Shown: piece after piece, positions 1 to 11,335 of the stretch | How the letters are laid out: every line of letters starts with the position of its first letter | How positions within the stretch are numbered: the stretch's first letter is position 1 | DNA from: Octopus bimaculoides | Taxonomy: Eukaryota | Direction of reading: 5' to 3' | Length of the DNA: 62,457 nt | Assembly: GCF_001194135.2 (NCBI RefSeq) | Contig: NC_068988.1 | Location: 84,371,920 to 84,434,376, forward strand | Position numbers and translations under genes: made by a program | The notes under the pieces: model-generated | What the model saw: only the letters and a program-made list of their open reading frames with translations | Told to the model about the DNA's origin: nothing | Databases searched by the model: none

Positions 1-627
1 GCATCTTTTCACATGCACATTGTCAACTGGCAAGGTGGATACTGAGGACATTCCGAACAAGGGATCAAAAAGTCATGTTGACTTTATGGAAGACATTTGT
101 TCTGAGCCGCCTAGACTATTGCTCTCAGTTGTGGTCACCACACAGTGTCAAGCGGACAGCAGAACTCGAGGCAATTCAGCATCACTATACAAAAAAGATC
201 ACCACAGTCCAACAGATAAACTACAGGGAGCGACTGAAGGCACTAGATCTCTACTCCCTGGAGCGCAGGCGGGAGAGATATGTAATAATATACATATGGA
301 AAATACTGGAAGGACTGGNNNNNNNNNNGCAGGCGGGAGAGATATGTAATAATATACATATGGAAAATACTGGAAGGACTGGTGCCAAACTTTGGCATCA
401 AGTACTACAAGAATGCCCACACAGGTCGGCACTGCATGGTACCAAAGGTGCCATCCACTGCATCTCACATAAGAACGAGGTACTGCAACAGCCTCGGTTT
501 CAGAAGACCTCAGCTCTTCAATGCCCTGCCAAAACATTTGAGAGACCTGCAAGACACAGATGTGGAGGTCTTCAAAATAAAACTCGACGCTTTCCTCTCC
601 ACGATACCAGATGAACCAAAGGCTTGA
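1..627 (+). mobile_element. 3' end of a CR1/L2-group LINE ORF2 (region C-terminal to the RT domain), decayed
   Basis: Frames read KTFVLSRLDYCSQLWSPH...YRERLKALDLYSLERRRERY-IIYIWKILEGL / PQLFNALPKHLRDL...FKIKLDAFLSTIPDEP*, typical CR1-like C-terminal motifs. It is interrupted by a 10-N gap with a 54 bp overlap duplication. Confidence 0.8.
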
Positions 628-799
628 AATAAGACACAGTTTAGGGCAGCGATGTCAAATTCTCTTATACACCAGCTGTGCCATCAAAACTCTTGATTGG
701 ACTATGTCAGGTGCAAGAGAAGAGCCATGCAAGGAACGTGAAGAGATGCTCCAGCATGACTGTAGCCACTTGGCTGAAACCCATAAATAAATAAATAAA

Positions 800-1708
800 T
801 ATATATATATATATATATACATATAGATATAGATACATACATATAGATATATAGATATATATATACATATAGATATACACATCTATATATATATATATAT
901 ATATATATATANNNNNNNNNNNNNNNNNNNNNNNNNNNNNNNNNNNNNNNNNNNNNNNNNNNNNNNNNNNNNNNNNNNNNNNNNNNNNNNNNNNNNNNNN
1001 NNNNNNNNNNNNNNNNNNNNNNNNNNNNNNNNNNNNNNNNNNNNNNNNNNNNNNNNNNNNNNNNNNNNNNNNNNNNNNNNNNNNNNNNNNNNNNNNNNNN
1101 NNNNNNNNNNNNNNNNNNNNNNNNNNNNNNNNNNNNNNNNNNNNNNNNNNNNNNNNNNNNNNNNNNNNNNNNNNNNNNNNNNNNNNNNNNNNNNNNNNNN
1201 NNNNNNNNNNNNNNNNNNNNNNNNNNNNNNNNNNNNNNNNNNNNNNNNNNNNNNNNNNNNNNNNNNNNNNNNNNNNNNNNNNNNNNNNNNNNNNNNNNNN
1301 NNNNNNNNNNNNNNNNNNNNNNNNNNNNNNNNNNNNNNNNNNNNNNNNNNNNNNNNNNNNNNNNNNNNNNNNNNNNNNNNNNNNNNNNNNNNNNNNNNNN
1401 NNNNNNNNNNNNNNNNNNNNNNNNNNNNNNNNNNNNNNNNNNNNNNNNNNNNNNNNNNNNNNNNNNNNNNNNNNNNNNNNNNNNNNNNNNNNNNNNNNNN
1501 NNNNNNNNNNNNNNNNNNNNNNNNNNNNNNNNNNNNNNNNNNNNNNNNNNNNNNNNNNNNNNNNNNNNNNNNNNNNNNNNNNNNNNNNNNNNNNNNNNNN
1601 NNNNNNNNNNNNNNNNNNNNNNNNNNNNNNNNNNNNNNNNNNNNNNNNNNNNNNNNNNNNNNNNNNNNNNNNNNNNNNNNNNNNNNNNNNNNNNNNNNNN
1701 NNNNNNNC

Positions 1709-1807
<99 letters not shown>

Positions 1808-1818
1808 CATATATATAT
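800..1818. repeat. (TA)n/(TACATA)n microsatellite flanking N-gap 912-1707
   Basis: Direct reading of the sequence. Confidence 0.95.
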
Positions 1819-2539
1819 GAGAATGAGAAAGAATGCAAGCAACAGAGAATTCATACACACACACATGTGTGTTTATGCACTTGTGCAAGTATGTACATGT
1901 GTACATCAATGCATGATCAAGCAATAAACATTACATTCACAAAATACTTGAATATACATGATACATTAATAAATTAATATAAAACTACTTGAGTGTTTAA
2001 TCACTGTATAAATTACATTAAAAAATGTAAAAAAAAGATGCTTGTGCAATTATTTAAATTTTGGTTAAAGTTTTTAAAAAAATACTATGCTTGTGTTTAA
2101 GTTGCACATATGGGTGTATACATACAGACACACATATGTGAGTGAACAAATGAAAGAAAGTAGCACTTGACACATTTTGTAGGAGTTATATATATATAAT
2201 AACAGTTTGATTCTGCTCCATATAACTTAAAAGTTTCACTGGTTTATAGAATGAACCTGCTTTCATTGGAAATTGGAAGAAAAGTATTGATTTTGAGACA
2301 AATTCAGGATTGCTGCTTCCAGTTCTGGTGTCACTTCCATAACATCAACAGCATGTGACCTGAGCTGACCAGTATAGCCCAACACCTTGTAACCATCTTG
2401 AATTTGTCTTAAAATCGTTACTCCTCTAATTTCTGATTATATGGGTTTGTCCTATGTGCTCATGAAACTTCATATGGAGTTGAGTCAAGCTGTTATTAAA
2501 ATGTGTGTGTGAGAGCCAAGTGAAACGATAGTCATGGCT

Positions 2540-2750
2540 GATGTCGGTGTCAGGTCAATGGCGACCATGCCAGTGGTACGTAAAAAAAACCACTACACTC
2601 TCTGGGTGGTTGGCACTAAGAAGGGCATCGAGCCGTAGAAACCTTTCCAGATCAGATCAGAACCTAGTGCAACTTCTTGGTTTACCAGTTTTCAGTCAAA
2701 CCATCCAACCCACACCAGCATGGAAAATGGATGTTAAATGATGATGGTGT
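2540..2750 (+). mobile_element. RTE 3'-UTR-derived short element (GAT-tailed family), 5'-truncated copy
   Basis: cactacactctctgggtggttggcactaagaagggcatc...cagcatggaaaatggatgttaaatgatgatg matches the 3' UTR of the RTE copy at 54890-55066. Confidence 0.75.
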
Positions 2751-3662
2751 GTGTGTACAGTAATAGTATGCTGGCATGTGCTGTAACAGCAGGTTGCTGT
2801 ATGTTGGTGATTCCCTACAACTCCTGGCAGATGGCACTGCTGCACCACTTGGGCAACAACCCTCCAGTCCATGAGTCTGTTTGGGTAGTTATTTGCTGGT
2901 GAGGGTTTTACAAGGCTGGCATGCAAAACCTACCCTAGCCTTTTCTAATTGCCTTTTACAACACACAGAGGAAACATTGGGTCTGTCCCCACACAGCACT
3001 AAAGCAACACGAAATGAAGTGTTTTTTCTCAACAACACCACACACTACTCAGTCTGGGAATCAAATCCATGATCTGGTGATCATAAGTGCAACACCCCAA
3101 CCACCAGATTACAGAAACTATTCGGAAGCCTACTGGTTGAATTGTACTTGCAGTTCAAAGGTGCAGCCTTGTTACTTCTTGTTAAACTGAATGTGTGTGC
3201 ATTGGCCATCTGAAAATATGACAGTTTTGTTTTTGTTTTTATGGCCAGATGCCCTTCCTGTTTCCAAGTGAGGTTATAATTTATCAGTTGATATAATATA
3301 ACAAACAGTAACAGATGGACAAACAATACTAGATGAATGAGCCTTTTGTTCACAAAGTTCACACAATGTGTTAAGAAGCCAGATGCTTTTGTGGTGGGCT
3401 GTGAGTAAATGAAGCCACTGTTCACTGTTTACCAACCAATGGAATTGAGGGCAACATGAACTCACACACATGTATGAACACGCACACACATAGACACAAA
3501 ACAGGCTTCTTTCAGTTTCCATCTACCACATCCCCTCACAAGGCTTTGGTTGGCCCAGATCAATACTAATAGTAGCAGTCTCTTGCTCAAGGTACCACAC
3601 AGTCTAACTTAAACCTAAAACCATCTGGTGTGTGTGTGTGTGTGTGTGTGTATGTATATATA

Positions 3663-3694
<32 letters not shown>

Positions 3695-4345
3695 GATGCA
3701 GGGAACACTCAAACCCTGAGTCACTTATGTAACTATGGCTAGATAGATTTATTCTTGATTATTAACTTTTATTTCTCTTGTTTGTACCACCAAACCTCTC
3801 ACTATGTATGAATGCACACACATACACACACGCATATATTATTTATTCAGGCTTCACTATACCCTTCTTGTTGGAGTAAAAAGTAAAATCAAAGTAAAAC
3901 CAAGTCACAGAGGACCTACAGTACTGAAGCTGAAGCCAAATATAATTAGCATTTCCTTCCTTGCCTTCCTTCCAACTCAAATGAAGCAGTTTTTAATTAG
4001 TGAAGATTTTTACACATACACACATACAAGGAGAATTGTTTCTCTTCCTTTCTTTACTCTCTCCCCTCCTCTCTCTTTCTCTCTCTCTCTCTCTCAAACA
4101 CACACACAGTCTCTCCTTATTTACATCTACATTCAGACATCAATCGTTAGCCATTAGTTCATTACACACTACCAAAATAACATCACCGATAAATACATAA
4201 GTAAAGCTATCTAAATAAACAGACAACTAGATGCTATACTGTCTCTCTGTGAGTGTGTAGTGTATCATGTAATGTATATGTATTTAAAAATATGTAGTTT
4301 ATATATGTGTATGTATGTGAGTGTTGTGTTTACCAGTGTGTGTAC

Positions 4346-4376
<31 letters not shown>

Positions 4377-4381
4377 AATAC

Positions 4382-4446
<65 letters not shown>

Positions 4447-4531
4447 GATAGATAGATATATATACACATATATAAATGTGTCTTTGTCTTTGGCCTCACT
4501 CTCAATATGGCTTTGTTTCTGATTGGTGCAG

Positions 4532-4699
4532 CCTCAGGAAAATAATAATTCACTTCATTCAAACTGTGAAACCAGCTCTCTGCTGCCACAGATTCCCACT
4601 GAAGAGATGGAGCAACAGAAGTTGGAGGAGAGGCTAAAACAACAGCAACGTGATTCAGAAGAAGATGCCAAATGGTTACAGAGCAGAGAAAATAGACTG
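4532..4699 (+). CDS. PTK2: FAK/PTK2-like exon, post-kinase linker: PQENNNSLHSNCETSSLLPQIPTEEMEQQKLEERLKQQQRDSEEDAKWLQSRENRL
   Basis: Pyrimidine tract plus tgcag acceptor at 4531; CTG|GTAAGT donor at 4700; 168 nt, phase 0-0. LEERLKQQQRDSEEDAKWL resembles vertebrate FAK MEERLIRQQQEMEEDQRWL. Alternative acceptors are possible at 4537 and 4591. Confidence 0.85.
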
Positions 4700-5129
4700 G
4701 TAAGTACACTTACATGCCATTTCTCACTTAATTTTATTTTTCATTTGCTTTAATATTGGTTATGCCTTGTTGAGGTGCAAACCCTGATATTTGGAGGAAG
4801 GGTACATTGTTTCATCAATCCCAGTATGTTTTCACTTTGTCTTCTGGAGCCCATAAAAGTACTGTTACATCATCAGACAAAATGCTGTGTGGTATTTAGT
4901 TGTGGCTTTTTACATTCTCAATTAAAATCCCACCACGGTCAACTATGCCTTTCATCCCTCAAGGTAGGCTCGTTGCCAGACTTTGGTACCTAGGTGGGTG
5001 CTTCAAAATATTCTGGATGGGCACTAAGTATATCACTGTAAATCTGAGAGTGCACCATTGAATAGTGAGGGAGCAGTGTTGTCCAGTGCACCCCCTTAGC
5101 AACATGCATACCTCTAGAGTCAATAAAAT

Positions 5130-5570
5130 AGTAGTCAAGTACCATCATTAATGTAATCAACTAATCCCTCCCCTCAAAACTAGTAGATTAGCAAAGGGTA
5201 ATGGATTGGCAGAATCATTAGAACATCAAACAGATTACCATGTATTTCTAGCTCTGTTCTGAGTTCAAATCCAGTCAGGTGCCTTGGGATCTATGTAATC
5301 AATTAATTTCCCCCTGCCTTGCCACACATTTCTGGTTTTACACTTAAGTTAGAAACCGGAGCAACCAGGCAGAATTATGACAGAATTGGGAAAATACTTT
5401 GTAGTTTCTTTCAGTTCTTTGTTTTGGGTTCCAAGATTGCCATGGTCAACTTTGTGTTTCTCTGGGGCCAATAAACTAAAGTACCAGATGATAAGGTAGT
5501 TGATGGTATCAATTTACATCTTCCTTCAAAATTACTGACCTTGTGTCTAAAACAGAAACTTAATAATCAT
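5130..5570 (+). mobile_element. Cluster of degenerate ATT-tailed tRNA-type SINE copies
   Basis: Repeated tggcagaatcattag...ctgagttcaaat...aagtacca...ccttgtg blocks shared with 25700-26510 and 37375-37827; boundaries approximate. Confidence 0.6.
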
Positions 5571-6852
5571 TATCAAGTATTAGTTAATTGCACCTATTTG
5601 TTTTGAATTCAAATCTATGATTGATAAAATATATACTGGTATACTATGTGTGTTAAAAAAAAACATCAGACAAAATGCTGACTTCTATGTAGTCAATAAA
5701 AATTCCTTATTGACAGGGCCCCAGCATAGCTGCTGTCCAGTGGCTCAAATCAGCAAAAGAATAAGACAGTGTGTGTGTGTGCATGTATGGATATTTCTCA
5801 CCTTTGTTATTATTTTATGTCTGTTAATCTTTATTTGCATAGCTTGGCCAGGTCTTTAGGACAGCATCTTGCCACTTGTAGGTCTTTTTTATCTCGATTG
5901 TCAGATTCCACCTTTAATGTGTGTATGTGCCACCAAGGAATGTGTTACTGTTTAGTGTTGCATCAACTGTGATTGAGCAGACTTCCCAACCATCCTATCC
6001 TATCCTTCTCTCCGGCATTGCATATGTAGAACTACATTATTAAACATGCCCCTATCTTTTAAGACAGTAGAGTGTAATTTGAAGATGGTTTGGCTGCTAC
6101 CTTGCATGTTTAGTGACCAGGAAGTAGCACTCTCATTGCCTTGTTCAAACGTGTATTATATATGTGCGTCTGGTGTATTTAAGTACTAGTAACTGAGTAA
6201 TTTAAGAGTCAAGTGTCTTAAACTTGGACACACTAGTGGCTGTGATAAGATATGGACCCCTGACCTCTCAACTGGTTATCAATTACACTATCCACTCTAA
6301 CTTCTATAGTCTCCAATACTCTCATTAACCTCATTAAGTGGGTTTACTTAACATGTAATTCTTACTTAATATATTCTCTTATTTGTTTCAACACTTTGAA
6401 GTGTATTTGTATGCACACAATATTGAGATCTACTTATATACAAGCAGTCTCTAGTAATGAATGTCTGACATACAAATGTTCATGATTATGAGCAGTGAAC
6501 ATTACTTCACAATAATACAGTTTTAAAAAGTTTTGGTAGATGTGATATAAAAGTTGAAAAGAAAAATGTTTGGTATATGCTTGATGTGAGAATCTCAAAC
6601 ATTTAAATTATGCCACATAGATTTACATCAACTCTAGAATTACTTGTTAAATTGAGAAAGCACTTCATAGTGTATGTACAGTACTATTTCTAAGTTTCTT
6701 GGAGAAATGGTTCACCTGAGATGTTACTAAGATGTTTCTCAAAACTTCTTGTAATCATACCTGTAATGACTGGGATTGTTGTTATTTTAAGCTACTACAT
6801 CTTCTCAGTCTGTCTTGATCTATGTATTTGCTTAGCGTCTAAAATTTCTCTG

Positions 6853-7644
6853 TTAACCCTTTAGCATTTAAACTGACCATATCCAGCTCAAATATTCTAC
6901 CTGTTTTATGTTCAAACTAGCCAGATTCAGCCTCTCCTACCTTACCCTACATTCTAAAATAAATGTCGTCCTAAAATACACAATCGCATCCTCGAAATCA
7001 TGAAGCTATGAAATAATGCATGATTAATTCAAAACAAGAGACCTTTGGCGATATGCTGTACTTGAGAAGACCCATCAAGCCAAGTGAAATTGTAGTCATG
7101 GTGTCATGTAACTGGCACCCGTGCTGGTGGCATGTGAAGTGCAGCTTTTGAGCATTGGGCCTCACGGAGGCAAAGTGGCTGAGTTCCTTTCAAGCATTGG
7201 GCCTTACGGAGGCAAGGTGGCTGAATTCCATTCGAGCATAGGACCTTGGAGGCAAAGTGATTGAGTCCTTTTCGAGAGTTGGGCCTCAGGGAAGCAATGA
7301 CCAAGACCTTTGGCATTATGTTGTGTTTGAGAAGAAAACCCATCAAGCCAAGCAAAATTGCAGTCATGGCAGATGCTGGTGTCACGCGAATGGCACCCAT
7401 GCTGGTGGCACATAAAAGCACCCATTACACTCTCAGAATGGTTGGCATTAAAGAAGGGCATGCAGCCATAGAAAACCATGCCAAATCAGACTGGAATCTG
7501 GTGAAGCCTTCCTGCTTACCAGCCCTGGTCAAACCATACAACCCATGCCAGCATGGACAACGGACGTTAAATAATGATGATGGTGATGAATGTGAAATAA
7601 TTAACATTACATTTGACAAAGTAATCAAAATGCTAACAGGTCAA
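6853..7644. mobile_element. TTAA-CCCTTTAGCATTT MITE split by an RTE 3'-end insertion (7038-7590)
   Basis: Left part 6853-7037 plus right part 7591-7644 rejoin into the uninterrupted ~220 bp copy at 38703-38926. Confidence 0.75.
7038..7590 (+). mobile_element. RTE ORF end plus 3' UTR with GAT tail; contains four ~42 bp tandem units (7149-7300)
   Basis: gagacctttggcgatatgctg...gagaagacccatcaagccaagtga corresponds to the RTE C-terminus seen at 54440-54492; ends in gatgatggtgatgaa. Confidence 0.75.
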
Positions 7645-8102
7645 TATATTTTACTCATATCAATAAATTTGCTGGTCTTTGACTCTTTGTGATGTCTGGT
7701 TTATTTTCTTAACTTATCCAGTCTGTGTTAATTTGGAGATCTAAGAGTACTGTTAGGTTAACTTGACTGACAGCATTTTTTATAATGTATGGGCTGATTC
7801 TTGGCAAGCAATCTTTAGGAATGCATAGGTATGGATGTTGCTTATGATACAGCTCTCTTCTTCATGAGTCCTAGAGCTCAAATAACCACTGCTATTATTT
7901 CACTTTCATACTATATGTCCTGTTGATTTCGGTCACTGAGTCTTGATAGTTTTCACAGTGTTTTTTTTTTTGTTTTTTTTTTTCATCTTAGATAAGATTA
8001 TTATGTTGATAGGTATGCATCTTCTCTCTTACTTTCCTTGTTAATGATGAAAGGCTTGTTAGCTTTTAGCTCTCTATCAGTTTGGATGGAGATGTCCTAG
8101 AG

Positions 8103-8397
8103 CAGGGTTTTTCAAACTGTGGTCCACGGACCACAGGGGGTCCGCAAGGACAAGACAGGGGGTCCGTGCAAAGCCAAGCAAGCACATCCTTCTCACTAAG
8201 TATGTATCAAAAAAATCCTATGTGTATAATTGACAATAAACCTATTTGCTAGATACTGTTAAATAAATAAATGTAAAAATATATGTTATTTTAAGCAAAT
8301 ATTTATGTATAAATTTCATAAGCGTTTATAAGGTAAAGCCTAAGGTAAAGCCTGAAATATAAAGGGGTCCGCAAGTCAAAAAGTTTGAAAACCCCTG
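8103..8397. mobile_element. hAT (Charlie-like) MITE, 295 bp
   Basis: TIRs CAGGGTTTTTCAAACT / AGTTTGAAAACCCCTG (1 mismatch); perfect 8 bp TSD TCCTAGAG at 8095-8102 and 8398-8405. Confidence 0.92.
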
Positions 8398-8770
8398 TCC
8401 TAGAGGATGATATTTGTCATTCAGTAACCATGGCAATGTCACTTATCAGTCATTTTCATCATGTAACTCCAGAATATTTTCCTGTGGATTGTCTGTACAT
8501 GTATTTGGTCTTTTACCACTTCCAGGTATCCTAACACAATTACTTATCAGAACGTAAAAAAATTATTATATTTTAGGCTATCTGAAGTAATACACTATTA
8601 TTCTAAGATTTGATTAACTGGCTCTAGATACAAATCGTATATAAATTTTCTGACTTACATATAAATCAAACTTAGAAATCTGAGGACTGCCTGTGCAACA
8701 CACACACACACACATCAGTGTGTAAGAATGTATGATTATTAAATTCTTGTCTTCTGTATATCTTTCATAG

Positions 8771-8870
8771 GTCCATACTAATGACAACTTAATATTTCAT
8801 GCTCAGACCCAACCTGCTTCACCTGCTCCTCCTTCTGGACGTCTTACTAGACTGTCTAGTCAAGTATCCA
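8771..8870 (+). CDS. PTK2: FAK-like exon, Pro/Ser-rich linker: VHTNDNLIFHAQTQPASPAPPSGRLTRLSSQVS
   Basis: tctttcatag acceptor and CCA|GTAAGT donor; open in phase 0; 100 nt ending in phase 1; GC-richer than flanks; frame is restored by the next 62 nt exon. Confidence 0.7.
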
Positions 8871-9139
8871 GTAAGTACTTCAACTTCACGTTGGCCTCTT
8901 TATTTCTTTTGTTTTTTTTGTTTTTTTTTTAGCTTCCTTTATTATTGTTAATAATTTGTTGCAAAGTGATCAAGATAGCTGACAGAGCTTGTCTCTTGTT
9001 CTGTTCCATTTCACATTGTTCTTTTGATTGTAACTCAAAATTGCATGTGCAAAAAATTTTAAAAAATGAAGTGAGTCACACACATTTGGGCCACTAAGGG
9101 TACCTTTCTAGAATCTCTTGAATCTTTTGGCATTCAGGC

Positions 9140-10450
9140 TAATGTTGTGGAAGTTAAAGAAATTTAGTGGTATCATACATAAACTAAGACATAAAAGAGC
9201 TGTGTCCACATGTGGATGGCATCCATATTCACAATAAACTAGAAAACTATTAGGAAGTAATGGAAGCTTGTATGAATTGGCACAAGTTAGTAAGCTTGCA
9301 AATCAGCACTTGAAGAGGCAAGTGTATAAGGGACAACAGCTTCTGCTGCTGACACAAGGACTTGGTTATGGTGTTAGATCTGGTTCAGACCAGAACTCTA
9401 GGTGAAGAAAAACTAGGAAGAGGCTGACCAGACTTGCTTTCAAATGGGCCGAGAGAAGCTGAATCTGAAACTTCGGGTGAAAGTGGTTAATGCCTACATG
9501 AGTTCAATGATGTACTACTACCTGACTATTATGCCTTGTTCCAGGAATCATCTGGCCAGATGGAGGCATATGCATTTGTGATAGGTATATGTTTCACTGA
9601 CCAAACCATCTGCTGCCAATAACTACTCTTGGGACTCTTGTGATAAAACAGCTGATGATACGAGGGGTGTATGAAAAGTTTTGAACCTACAAGGCCTTGA
9701 AGTCTTGTACCTTCATCAGAAGTCTTGTACCTTCATCAGAAGTCTTGTACCTTCATCAGAAGTCTTGTACCATGTTTTTTTTTGAGGTTCAAGACTTTTC
9801 ATACACCCCTTCATACATAGGCAAAAACTGAAGCTAGTACAGCTGCAGAGATTTCTGGATAATAGTAAATGTGTGTGATTGCCTTTTGCAACTCATCTTT
9901 TGACTAAGGTACAGTCCTTGGTCAAACAGACAAAGATCAATGAAATGATGCCATATGCTCCCTACTGGACAATATGCTTGGTGGGAGATCAACCCTTACG
10001 TTCTGTAGAGAATTAGTGAAGGATACATGTGTTGATGGTTTGGGAGTAATTCTAGGCATCAATAAAGACAATATACATAATTTCTTCTGGAAGACTTTCA
10101 GGTTTAGGATTATGGAAATTTCCAAAAGTTCTTCATCTGACTGTGCTACAGAAGTCTTTACCTATTCAAGATAAATCCATAGACATGGCTTGTCAAGGCA
10201 TCAGCAACTGAACCTATCTAAAATGCATGCAGGGTGACAAAACTGTCTAGTGTACACTGATTTAGTATATCTGCATTGCTGATTTGTGGGTTAACATTTC
10301 ATAGTTGTATGTAGAATTGACCAAAACTGTAATGAAGATATTCATTGCTCTCCTTTGGCAAAGTGGAGTATGTATTCTTTCCCCATCTAGTGGCTATGGT
10401 ACAGTTTCTCATTTCTACATTGATAGATATTGATATTTTATGGCATTAAT
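9140..10450 (+). mobile_element. Heavily decayed L1/Tx1-like LINE ORF2 C-terminal remnant
   Basis: Frame fragments KLNLKLRVKVVNAYMSSMMYYYLTIMPC, NFQKFFI*LCYR..LPIQDK and a CLKC...(H)...IADLW zinc-knuckle-like remnant; boundaries approximate. Confidence 0.45.
9661..9813. mobile_element. Mariner-derived MITE (153 bp) with an internal 20 bp tandem repeat x3.6
   Basis: TIRs CGAGGGGTGTATGAAAAGTTTTGAACCT / AGGTTCAAGACTTTTCATACACCCCTTCA; TA at 9659-9660 and 9814-9815; unit AGTCTTGTACCTTCATCAGA at 9699-9771. Confidence 0.85.
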
Positions 10451-10972
10451 AAGGACATCCTATTGTAGAAACTATGCCAAAGCAGACAATGGGGCATGAT
10501 GTGGTCCTTGGACTCATTGGTTCCTTGTCAAACTGTCCAATCCATGCTAGCATTTTTCTCTCAAACCTGAGATTGTGATGAATATGATTGAAAGTTTGAG
10601 GTCTGAGATTTTCCTCTCACGCCAAGCCCTTAACTTCATCAAATACCACCTGAGGAAAACAGTCAAGCTGCTACCCCCTGCCCCAGTAAATTTCATAGAA
10701 GTTGGGTAAGCGGGGTAAAATTGGTGTGATTAAATCAGTCTACCCTAACACTGATTGTAGGTTAATAGCAAGTACTGGGTAAAGGAACTTGCCTTTGGTG
10801 TGTGAGGGTAATCCAGGGTTGGATGTGGGGATGCACTAAATCATCTTAAGTATTTGCCACCATCCCCTTCTTTAAAATATTGTTTCTTATTTTGTTGTTT
10901 TACATTGTTTTTATATTTATTGTCTATTATTAATGTATCTTTATTGTTGATCTAATCCTTTTACTTGATGTG

Positions 10973-11160
10973 TTTTTTTTTTGTGACTAGTGTTTTTGCT
11001 TTTGTATTCTCCCCAAACTTCTTAGGCCCTTGTGGCCAAACAAGACATTGTTCATCATCATCATCATCATGATGATGATGAACAATGTCTTGTTTGGCCA
11101 CAAGGGCCTAAGAAGTTTGGGGAGAATACAAAAGCAAAAACACTAGTCACAAAAAAAAAA
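10973..11160. repeat. Perfect inverted repeat, 90 bp arms, 8 nt loop
   Basis: 10973-11062 is the exact reverse complement of 11071-11160. Confidence 0.95.
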
Positions 11161-11273
11161 AAAAAAAGTTNNNNNNNNNNAAAAAAAAAAAAAAAAAAGT
11201 TATTAATATTATTGTTAAACAGTTGTTTTGAGCTATAATTAACAAAATGTTTTTGTCTTCTTCCCTTCATTAG

Positions 11274-11335
11274 ACAGCAGCACAAGTAGTAGTATTAGTG
11301 ATGCCGATATTCCAAGTATGTCAAGAAATGCAAAG
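11274..11335 (+). CDS. PTK2: FAK-like small exon: (N)SSTSSSISDADIPSMSRNAK
   Basis: ttttgtcttcttcccttcattag acceptor and AAG|GTATTG donor; 62 nt, phase 1 to 0. It is the length needed to keep frame between exons 8771-8870 and 17714-17854. Confidence 0.65.

Noticed and set aside
265-382. 54 bp direct repeat (265-318 and 329-382)
   Set aside because: Identical copies sit either side of a 10-N gap, so this is an unmerged contig overlap rather than biology.
702-1924. Long ORFs of YIYI/CVCV/HTHT type and X-runs here and at 20.9-22.1, 42.5, 49.1, 49.9, 53.0, 55.4 and 59.2 kb
   Set aside because: These are translations of microsatellites and N-gaps.
2770-2910. GC-richer stretch as a possible upstream FAK exon
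   Set aside because: No frame combines a good acceptor, a good donor and FAK similarity.
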